Notes under the pieces: model-generated
What the model was told of the DNA's origin: nothing
The model's database searches: none
Seen by the model: only the letters and a program-made list of their open reading frames with translations
Made by a program: the position numbers and the translations under genes
Assembly (NCBI GenBank): GCA_028023455.1
Contig: JAQFVV010000008.1
Coordinates: 12,338,001 to 12,402,000 of the forward strand
Source of the DNA: Epiperipatus broadwayi
Lineage: Eukaryota; Animalia; Onychophora
Direction of reading: 5' to 3'
DNA length: 64,000 nucleotides
Shown: positions 52,901-64,000 of the stretch, in pieces
How the letters are laid out: each line of letters opens with the position of its first letter
Numbering within the stretch: the stretch's first letter is position 1

Positions 52901-55900
52901 AAAGAAGAAGAAACTGTGTACTGACCAAAATCAACAAATATTATGTATGTGCACTATATAAATAACAGAATATTTATTACAGATATAATTACAGTAAAAT
53001 ATTTTGTTTCTTTATATTCATATGTATTTAGGTATTTTGTAGCTTTGAAGAAAACTGCTGGACAGTCAAAACTATAAGGAAATAAAAAATTATTTGAAGA
53101 AAATATTAAGTTTGCATTATATAAAACTTTTTAAAAAAGTTATTAGTCGTAATTAATTATAACAGTTACTATCTGTTTCAATCCAATTTCACATTTAACT
53201 TCCACTGACTGTATATTCCTAAATTTACATTTATAAAAGCTTTTATTATAAAGACTTAAATCATTTTTAATGACATTAAATCTGTTTCTGTATTTTCAAG
53301 ATTTTTCCATAATCAACTTTCATCCACCCTATCATACTATATAGATATATTAAAACCATACAGGAAGGAAAAGCCAGTTGAGACTGTTGATAATGTTGAG
53401 ATGCGACTGAGACAGCTGAGGTCAATAATCCTCTCACTTGATTTGCACTTCGCTATGCATACAAGTTTTTATATATTTCCACATAAGCTAAAATTATTCT
53501 ATACTTTGATAATAGATTCACATTCAATAAAATAATAAATAAATTCCTCAGGGTTATTCAATAATGTGTAATCTTAGTCCTATTCTATTTTATTAATAAA
53601 AATCTTTTCAAATATAGTTTCTTACAATAAGAACTAATTTTAAGAGTGATTCAATTTGTGTTTTACAACTAAGGCTAGCAATTTTAAATACAAAGTTCAT
53701 TAATGATTTATCTCAGAGTTTTATAAATTAAGAAAATAAATGCATGATATAATGTATGTCTGTGCATTTTAGAATACTATGTAAAAGGGATTTTATGTAC
53801 ATCATCTTACCCAATACTTTTATATTTCAGATAGCATTAATATAATAATGATGTATTTAATTCAAATAGATTTTATATGTAATCTAATATCTCAAATATG
53901 ATCTTTTATATTGTGAATATGCTGTGACGATGTTTCTTTAATAACGACAAAAGAGAAATATTAAAATTAACAATTACTTTATTACATAATATAAAACAAA
54001 TGATAAAAATGAATAATAACAATAAGAAAATTATATAAAATGTCTAATAAATATGAATATTTATTTCCTAAATCTAATTTGAACTTGGGATATGAAAAGT
54101 ATATTATCAGACAGCGTTGCAAGAACAATAACATTAAATAGGAATAGGTTGTTTATTATTTAAAAAAATAAAAATTCTCAATTCAAATACTAGAAGATAA
54201 TAATCATCATCCTAATGATCAATGATAAATGCTCTATGTGGTCCTTAATTAGTTTGTTTCACTAACGAATCAATTATTAATCAACCTCAGTTAATAAGAC
54301 CAAAATTTTTACTTTTTTAAACTAAGCAAGTACAATCATTGCTTAGCATACTTAAATGATATTTACCACATTGGGCTTATTTATTTTATCTCAAGATCCT
54401 TTACTGGATTCATTTGCAGGCTTAAACATTAGGAGTGCTACTCTACTAACAAAATATAACTAAATCATTAGGATGCCTGGTTATAAATTATAACATTTAA
54501 AATATTAATACTAACATATGAGTGATGCATAAAATATTTCTTATGTATCTATTTATCTAAAGAAGGATGATTAACTTCATTTAACCATGAAGTTGAAACT
54601 TAAGAACCATAAAATATATAATAATTGCAATATAGCAGTTTAATAGTTACTTACATTTATACAACCTAAACCTAAGGTACATCACATTTAATCTCATTAC
54701 AATCTCAACAATATTAAATAAAATTATTATCTATACTTCCACATAGTAATATCTGAGAAAACTTTATTACATTAATAACAACTATAACATTAACTAAGAA
54801 AGAAGCAATTATGAGAAAGTGCATAAAATAATCCATGGTTTATTGCACAATTAATGTCATTTTTGTAATATAATCCGTTCTGGACACAGCATAAAGATCA
54901 ATAAATTCTATTTATTATACTTGTTGATTCAAGGTAAGTTACATTCAACACATTAATCCATTTTAAGATTGCTTATCACTTGAGCATTTATCATATTTAA
55001 CATTTGCTTTGATAATCCACAATTCAGGAGTGGCATTTAAATATTTAGCTTGATAATTCATTATCCATTGAATGGTATTTACATATTTAGCATTGATAAT
55101 CCATTTCTTTAAGCAATAGATACAAATTCAGTTTGTTACATGCAACAGTTTAATTCATTTGAACAGATGTTATAATTTTATCCAAAGGATTAACATTCAT
55201 TATTTCTTTAATTTGAGATATGTAATTAATCTATTCATTTATAGATCTTTAATCCATGATGCCAGTAATTTTGATCATATCTCTGATAAAGCAAATAGTT
55301 TATCATCCATAATAAAATAATTTTCATTACTTTTTGAATCAAAGTTCATTAGTTTATGGAGGCATATTTAAATTGAAAAATTGTTTAAAGTTTTTCCTTA
55401 CATAATTAAAGATGAGATAAATTTACACTACTGAGACTTAATATTCACATTTTCTTGAAGTAAAAAGAAAATTATTTTACAATATTTTGAAAATAAGCAC
55501 CAGCTACTTATTTGAAGTTAATAAATATAATTTTCCAATTATATCAGCTATTTAATATTTTCCAATTGAAGACATCCAGCATTTTTTTGTTTAAGTTGTG
55601 AGACTGCATTCCATAAGTCAATTTATCCATTTTCCCCACTAAAATTTGACTATAATAAATGAGATTTCTTGAAATAAAAAATTAATGATGGTTTTAGGTT
55701 TATTTGATGTTGTTCATCTTCCTAGAATGATGAGAAGTCATTTTTCCTAGCAAAGGCAAATACCTAGATTTTATTTTAGCTGATCATCATGTAGATGGCA
55801 ACCAAAATGACTATTTAAAAATTAGAATCTGTTTAGGTTCTGACTGCAAAAATTTGTGAAGACTGTCTCGATTTTCTGAAATTCAGTTTTTATACCAGTT

Positions 55901-58900
55901 ATCACATGATGTTTGGATTACAGAATATTCTTCATCATGCATTGGGGTTTCTTGGTTTGTCCATGAAATATTGAAAGAAGTCATCATGGTTACTGCCAGG
56001 CACAATGAGAGATGATAAGGTTTTTGAATCAGCATGGTAAAAACTTTATGAACATTTAAAAACGAAGAAAAGAAAATAATTTCAGTCTTTTCCAATTGCC
56101 TCACTTTTATTTCCAGGTTTTGAAATAATATTACAAACATTTATTTAAAATAAATAAATCATAAAACTATAAAGTTCTCAGATACTTATTTCAATCAAAT
56201 TTAAATTGATTTTTTTAAATAAATAAAATTACTTACTAAATATTCTACCAAACTAGAATCAGTCTTTGCTATATCTAAATTCAAAAGTAAGTTCCAACAT
56301 TCAAACAAAAAAAATATAAAACTTTATTCTGCACATAAATAAAAATGTAATCTAAATATAATTGCTTTACCTCAAAATATTTGTATGGTAATGTTAAATT
56401 TATAATTGTTCTTTATTTCTGTATGAAATTATTTTGTGTGAGAACTTCTATTTGTTTATACCATTTGATATTTGTTCCTTAATAAGAATAATGACAAAAT
56501 ATACACACATATATTTTATACAAGCATTGATAATAAAATCTACTTGGAAAGTCATTCAAAAATATTTTATAAAATTATATTTTCTCATAAACATTAGTAT
56601 AAGAGACTATTAAACATGATATTGATTATATTCTATGCTATACAACTAATAACAGTGATGAATATATTTGCTTAATTATAAAAAATTAAAGCCAATAAAC
56701 TTTTTAGTTTTTTAAATATAATAGCCAATTTATAGTGGTACTACAAGGTTACTATATTATAATGGTCAGGCAATTTTTCTTACTCTATCTGCCATACTGT
56801 GTGCCACCAGGCCATTTGAACCTGAAAAATTTATATAGTAGGTAGATACTTCTTGATAAGATTCCATTTTACTTCAACTGATATGCCCAGTCATTAGCTC
56901 GTAGAATAGCTGAGATTTAATAATATAAATTATTAAACATATTTTTAATAAAGAAAAAAATAATAAATTGAGCCACTGTCAGCAATAATCACACAAACAT
57001 CTTATAGTCTCAATCCATAGAGCAAGAAGAATACATAGTGCAGGGAATGCATCTGCGTCCATTGGCAATGCAATGGCTACACTTTTGGACCATGCATTTA
57101 AGTGGGATACTAAGCCCTGTATGCTAGTGCACTTCATATTACATTGACATGAAACACCTATACATCCCTCCATCAACCTCAATTCAACTACGAGACAGAG
57201 TCCGAAATTAACCCTCTTAAACAAACATAAACATAATCCTATGAATTTATGCAGCCATCTACATTTAAATTATTAGTTTAAAAGAAATGTGATAATTTGG
57301 ATATTAAACAAAACAAACCATAAAATAAATTATAACAGAAAAGTGAAAATGATTGATTAACAAACATATCGGGAGAATATGACTAATTAAAATTTACGCT
57401 CAATCAGATAAGATAGTTTTTTTTAGAGGTTTACATATTTGAAAAGTTCTTAATTATTTTTAAATTTTTTTTTGAACTTCCTATTTCAATTCAGATAAAC
57501 AAAAGTTCATATTTTTCATGGTAAATTTATTTGAAGTCCGTCTTGTCCATGATGCACTGCACCTATCCGATCAAAGTCCATTTAATATTTATATCATTTC
57601 TGGAAAGATGGTCCATTGTTTGCTGTCTTTCAGTAATCATCAATTTGGAGGCTGTCTCAGCTGGTGCACAACAGGAAATTAATTCATTTCGAGACCCTTA
57701 TATTTCAGGGTTTGCAATGCAGTTCAAGAATCAACAGTTACTTCATTTCCTAAGTGAGTAAAAGGCCTCTCAATAATTAAATCTTTTATAATTTTATAGC
57801 TTCCCTTATCAGAAATTCTCCAGATTGATCGCACACGACATCCTTTGTTCTTATTGGCCCTGATGTTTTCCTTTCTGGCCTGTCTGGTTTTGTCGACCAG
57901 TTCCAGAGCAGGAAACACGTAATCTTTAATTTTTTAATCTCTTTTTGATCTTTACATTACAAAGTGCCCAAAGGCTTATTTGCTTTAGATTCAATTAATA
58001 GAACATTTCCATTCACTAAGATTTAAACAAGATTCTTTTAAATAGAAACTAATTAACATTTGTTTCTATTTTCTTTTATATTACTTTTTAACAAAAATAC
58101 TAATCTTTAAATCTTTATTCATTTATTTTTTAACTTTCTTTAAATAATTTTTTTAATAGTTTTCTGTGTGATTATATATATGTTAAAATAACTATTTTAC
58201 TTTTCTTTTACATTTTTAATAAATCAATTTTATTTAATAATTTTAAAATAATGTAACAGCGTATGTACACCATTACAATATATATATATAGGGGTTTGAA
58301 TAGACTTAAGTTCTCTTTAGCTAACTACTTTATCTCATACAACCAATACACACAATCACACACATGAAAAAGATAAATGATCTACACTCCAAGTATATTG
58401 ATTATTCTTCTATTTCAAATATTACCAATTCAGCCAATATCATGCCCATCCCCCTTCTATGTATTTAAATGGTCAAGGTCCTATACATAAAGGGTCAGAA
58501 TGACATAAAGTCAACATGGGCATGATAATATTGGCATCAAGGGATTTAGATGTTCCATCATCAGATTTTCAATGATATTGATGGCTGAAAAGTTGGAGAG
58601 TGGAATAGATTGAAGCCTTTCCATTAAAGGATACTAGTACATTTGCAGCACCTGACCACTCGATGGCAGTGCTTTTCTCTGAACACACATCAATATAATA
58701 CTTCCCGGGCCGTTTTCTATACATACTACAGTAAAAAATGTTTTTTTATTTATACTACCGCAGCTTGTTTTTTAATAAAGACTTCCTTTTTAAAAAAACT
58801 TTTTTTATATATGGGGGAGGGGATTTGGTTTTTAATAATTGACTTTTTTAAAAAAAACTTTTCTATAATAGTACAGCCATAAATTTTGTGTTTTAAACAT

Positions 58901-60259
58901 TTACCACAGAGTTCTTTCTGAATTTTTTCCTTTTTTTAATAAAGCCTTTTTTTACTTTACTTTTTTTTTTGGTTTGCTTTGTAATAATCTAAACAATAAC
59001 AATTTAAGAATTTTGACATTTGCTTCCTTTTTAAGAAAGACTTTTTTTTTGGTTTGCTTTAGTAGCATAGTTTAATTAACAAGCATTTTAATTTACAATA
59101 TTAGTTTATTTCATATTTTATTTTGCTGAATCGTATATATATATATAAATGTATTCCAGGTACTACCATCCTACATATATAGTATAAAAATTAGTTTTAT
59201 ACTAATTATAAATTGTTTTATGTTGTAAACAATTTTAATTATACCACTGCAGCTGTCCTGATATAGCAGGAGTCTAGTTTTATAATCTTAAATTTGCAAT
59301 AACATTTCTAAGTTGTCAACAAATTACACTTGGACCAGCACTATTAAACAATGGTAACAGAATGTAAAAAGTAACACAAAATTAAAGTTAGAATTTAATA
59401 ACTAAAAATGTTAGATCTCGAAGATGTGCTAATGGGTTTTCTAGCTGTGTACAAACTTGTAAACAACTACATGGTCAAAAGTAAAAATGTATAAATAGTT
59501 CAATTTTTATAATCAAAATATCTACTATATTGTTTTTGCAGAATTGTAAGCTGAATCCATGCCCATTTTATCTTTGAAATGGCGGGGTAAAAAGGCATCG
59601 ACTTGTCACTTTTTCCTGCGGAAAATGGGAGTTCATGGTCCTTTAAAATGCAATGAATAGCATCCCAGCCAAGCAGCATGTTGTAAGAATATCTTAATGA
59701 AAACCAAGTTGTCTATTCAAGGAAGAATAATGCCAACATCACCGTCCAGTGTGCTTGAAACTGCAAAGAAAATCAGTAACCTTTCTAATTGCTGCAGAGC
59801 TGTTTATAAACTGTTAATTTTTCCAAATCTATCTAAGCTCGCTATATAATGAATCAACATTTAAAATTTGTTTTCTTAAATTCTGTAATTCAACCTGATA
59901 CACTCTTAAATTAATGTAAAACTCAATCTTATCTGAAATCAAAATTTATAATTTGAAAATCATTCTTTTAAAATGTAACACACTATCCTCATTTAAGCTA
60001 TAAATTACTGCGGTCTTATGCCTATTTATTCTAATTTAATTTTCTTTCATAAAATTATCATTTTATTATTGTATTTGATATGCCAAATAACTCGAAACCG
60101 TGCACATATATAATTTGTCTATTGCTTTATCTTAACTCATTGCTTCGAGATATTATTTTAACTGATTGATTTTATTTCTTAATTTAATGATAATCAGTTA
60201 CATCCTAAATAAAGTTGTAGTTTGCTTAGCTATAGTTATGAATTATTACTTTCTATATA

Positions 60260-61338
60260 TATAATCCATATATCATAGGAACTAGCCACAGGGATATTAT
60301 TAAAGCATATTTCTAATGTTTTATCATGGGAATTGCCCGCCAAATATGCTTTCTCCTCCTTAGATTATATTATATATCTATTAAATATGCAGATGATAGT
60401 TTAAGCTAAGTTACCAATATATTTAGTCCCTAAGTATAATATATTCGAGATACTAGTCTTGAGAACTGGGTTATAGATATGCAAATAAATGCTATCTACT
60501 TTAAGGCATGTTAAGTTAGTTAAACATATTGATGTTTTATATATGTATAGGTTATGACTGTGTCCTTACATAGTACATATAGTATGCTAACTGCTTGCTG
60601 CACATTTTCTTGATTGCTGGCTGAGGTCACTCTCATATTTCTAGTTCAGGTAAAGACAATGTATTTTAGAACGGAACACAAGAGTCCAGATTATTAAAAG
60701 TTTATCTGATTCCCTGAACTTTTAATGTTCTGATATTCGTGGCAAGTCATTTGGTCATAGGGCACCGAGCATTCAATGCTGAAGCCCATAAATAATGATC
60801 CACTTGCATCATAATTATTTTATATTTTAATATGTGCCATAGTGTGTATAAGTAAACCTAGAGTAAACCAGTTCTCTTTGCCTTATGTTAAATGATTATT
60901 CAGCATTAGGCTGAACCCTAATCTTGGTTAAGATGCTAACCTGCATATCTTTGAGCCTGATTATGTGCTCACTTCTTGAACTTTTATATATAGACAGACG
61001 CCATAGAAGCATTGTACATTTAATTGTAACTTTGGCTAATATGTTCCATGTGATTTGGCAGACTGCAAACTAGCTAGGATTTGGCATATTAAATCTAGAC
61101 ATAAACATGAATACTGCACATCATTCTATTAAATATGTGTAATGAGAGAATATGTAACTATCAATCTCATTAACTATGTAATGCCTGTGAGCGTAATATT
61201 CCACGTACTGATTATATAATTTGTGTTTTGTTTTATTTTGTTGATTAAATTATTTAAAATATAACTCGTTTCTATTTCTTTATTGCTCATAAATCAATTT
61301 GCATCCAACTGCATTCAGATTTATTTGTACACCATTAT
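60260..61338. repeat. Possible decayed solo LTR nested in the Merlin element
   Basis: Bounded by (AT)n tracts; right end tgtacaccatta also occurs at ~58264 (tgtacaccattaca); termini degraded. Confidence 0.3.
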
Positions 61339-61669
61339 ATATATATATGAATCTCTCTCTATTGGACTTGGTTATTAATTAGTAATATATTGTTAGTTCA
61401 CTTAGCCATATGTGTGTTCTGCTAATTTAATAGTAATTTAGCTATTATCCCACTGAGTCTCTTGCTTCACTCTTTGCTACTGCCGGCCTGTGATCGAATT
61501 GAACTCGATGCATAACTTAAGAAATATCATTCATAGGGTATTAAGTCATGGAGTAAAGGTGAATGGATTGAACATTGTCCGAACTCTGGATCCCACCATC
61601 TAGATTCGATCAGCTTTAGTATGTTTTACCTATACCCTATATTTTGTTGTGTGGATGTACAAATCTTTG

Positions 61670-61928
61670 TTACAATACGAGCTGCAAAGCGGTAAGGAAC
61701 GGTATTTTGGAGCGGTCGAACCAAGTGTCCTTACGAAGGCTATAGGTACGCTTGCAGGAGTAGCATCTGAATTACTCACCTCCTGTAATTCACTAACACC
61801 ATGCTTTTACCACAAACACATAACTTTGAGTCTGGCAGGATGTTTTTAGCCTGAGAAAACGCCACAGTGTCAGCTTTTGTGATCGGCAATTTACTAAACT
61901 TATAACATTCAGCTTCACTGTCTGCCAT
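61670..61928 (-). pseudogene. Merlin (ISXO2-like) transposase N-terminal zinc-ribbon fragment
   Basis: MADSEAEC..FSQAKNILPDSKLCVCGKSMVL, then after a frameshift near 61775 FRCYSCKRTYSLRKDTWFDRSKIPFLTALQLV, matching the C..CG..M.L / WRC..C...SIR..TWF..SKL pattern. DDE core not found. Confidence 0.75.
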
Positions 61929-62523
61929 TTTACTGTTCTTGCATGTATTCATGAGAAAACATGGATTTTTGCATGAGCTCAGTCGAACCCAGCTTTTCAC
62001 CCTAACCTTTTGAAGTTGTGTGCAGTTACAAATCGTAGTGATAGGTAGATGATAGGCTAACAATTCTTCTACGTACTACTACTTCAACTACAGTTTAAGA
62101 TAATTATTTGGGAATGCATACGTTAAAAGTTTCATGTACTTAAAATACGGCCCCCATCAAATCATACCGTAGCGATCTGTCAATTGCGTTTCCTTTAGGA
62201 ATACTGTCACAAGACAATGGGAGTAGTATGGGGCTCATTCTAGGAATACTGTTGCAAGATAATGGGCATAATATTTCATTATGTACATGTAGAAGCCATC
62301 ACCATCTGGGCGGCCTGTTATGGCTACAACAGCAACGCTGTAGTGTTAGCCTAAGTTAGGCCACAAAACGGTATATCAATGTGCATTTGGTGAAAAGCAG
62401 CACCATCAAACAGTCGGGTGTCACAAATGTACCAGTGCCCATTAAAGTTTAAAGATTTTCTATTAATATAAACTGAGCATTGATTATATATATATATATG
62501 TGTGTCAGAGATGATTATCTAGA

Positions 62524-62565
62524 TCAAGTGACGAGTGCTGGTTCAGCACAAAATACATATATTGG
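62524..62565 (+). ncRNA. Degenerate minimal type I hammerhead ribozyme, copy E
   Basis: tcaa GTGACGA GTGCTG GTT CAGCAC AAA ATACATAT A ttgg; perfect stem II. Confidence 0.65.
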
Positions 62566-64000
62566 AAATCATTTATCTTTTTCATATATGTGTGGTTATG
62601 TGTATTGGTTGCATGATAGAGAGGGTAGCTGCAGGGAATTTGAAAGTCTGTGTTCAAATCTCTTATAATTACATTTAAACTCGAAGTATATTAATTATGT
62701 TTGTATTTCAAGTATTATATATACATAATCCATAATGCATTGACCTTTATTTGGACAAATATGAAATTAACTTGCCAAATATTATATAAAAACTAATTAC
62801 TGGAAAAACAAACAGATAAATTCAAAAACACATGACTAAAATATGAAGTTTTAAAGCTTTTTCAGCTTCCACTTTTTGTAATATTATCAATAACAACTAA
62901 GAAGTTTGTGGAATATTTATGTAAGTCAGATGGTTATTATATTACTTGAAAATGCAAAAATTTTTATACACTCATATAAACATATTATGTTCAGATAAGA
63001 ATTAATTTCACTTTATATTCAGCTTAGCAAAGTAATTTCTTTTATTTGAATTTAAGAAAGATGTAAATATCTGAAAATATGCACAGAAACAATTGAAATT
63101 TAATAAAATATTTCTCTATTTTGCTTACACATTGTAGTAAACAACATCAACAAAAAGCTAATCTTTAATAAGTTTAAAATAAACCTTTATTATCATTTGT
63201 TTTATACATATATAATCTCTGGAAAGTCTTATATAAAATGGATTTAATTATATTCTTCCCTATCCAGAATATAACTGTATTCATAATGAAGAATAACACT
63301 CTTAAAATTTCCATATAACACTCTTCATAATTGTAAAGGATGAACAAGTAAAAATACAAGTAATGGAAAAATGAAGTATGAAAGTAAAGCTTATTAATGA
63401 ATTAACACAAAATCTGGTTTAAAAAGTAAGGTAAAAAAATTAAAAAAAAAAAACATGCTAAGTTTGATTTAATTTATAAATAATAATTTTACTTTGAGTG
63501 AAAAGTGAGACAGTTTTAGTTATTAGCAAAAAGTGTATATATATTCAAAAGATGGAAAATTATATAAGGGGTATGTGTGTTTGAAATAATAAGTTTTCTT
63601 CTGTAGTAATAGAAAAGGAAATAAATTTGTGAAATAATGAAAAGTGGCCTTCTTTTAACAGTTATGATTTCCTTAAAGAAAAAAATCTAAAGAAGTAATA
63701 AAGGATGAAGAATTTAGTACTATGAATTTAATCTTATTATCTGATAATTAGTGAATATACTTATAGAGAAGGTAGTTTTTAATATTCAGCCATTCATGCC
63801 ATTAATATGATATATTGAATCTATTGAAGGCATGCTAGGCAGCAATAAAGCTACATTTTAAAAACTACCATTTCTGAGAGTATATTTATTAATTACCAGA
63901 TATTATGTTAACTCAGAAAAGAAGAAAATTAGTGATAGTTGAATTTAATCTTAAAAGTTGCAAAGATATTAGTGAGAATGTCAAATGAACAACTTTACAA

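Larger units (their letters stand above)
58630..62439 (-). mobile_element. Merlin/IS1016-superfamily DNA transposon (3810 bp), non-autonomous
   Basis: 8-bp TSD CATTAAAG (58622-58629, 62440-62447); ~65-bp imperfect TIRs (gatactagtacatttg.. / ggcactggtacatttg..); transposase N-terminal remnant. Confidence 0.8.
58280..62690. mobile_element. Inverted pair of the hammerhead-bearing family (short minus arm 58280-58385; long plus copy E 58430-58629 + 62440-62690), split by the Merlin element
   Basis: 58430-58629 matches the reverse complement of ~14110-14310 and continues after the 8-bp TSD at 62440. Confidence 0.85.

Noticed and set aside
54995-55105. Three ~40-bp imperfect repeats as a CRISPR-like or coding repeat
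   Set aside because: No unique spacers or cas genes, eukaryotic context; ordinary decayed tandem repeat.
62700-64000. Terminal AT-rich region and ORF 63174-63359
   Set aside because: Low-complexity F/I/Y/K-rich translation typical of non-coding AT-rich DNA.

Overview
Very AT-rich, CpG-depleted animal (probably arthropod-type) genomic DNA dominated by decayed and nested transposable elements. I find one convincing host gene: a single-exon class A GPCR closely resembling vertebrate FFAR4/GPR120 (7695-8783). The rest comprises a CR1/L2-like LINE, two decayed Gypsy elements, LTR-like pieces, a piggyBac remnant, a near-intact L1/Tx1 LINE with a 15-bp TSD and a 5' inversion, an older related LINE, an RTE 3' end, Penelope-like elements (PLEs), MITEs and a Merlin DNA transposon. 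The most notable hidden structure is a short repeat family found at four loci, always as head-to-head inverted pairs. Its five core copies reconstruct to a minimal type I hammerhead ribozyme with a palindromic stem III (AUACGUAU). All alignments were done by eye with no database searches, so boundaries of old elements are approximate.
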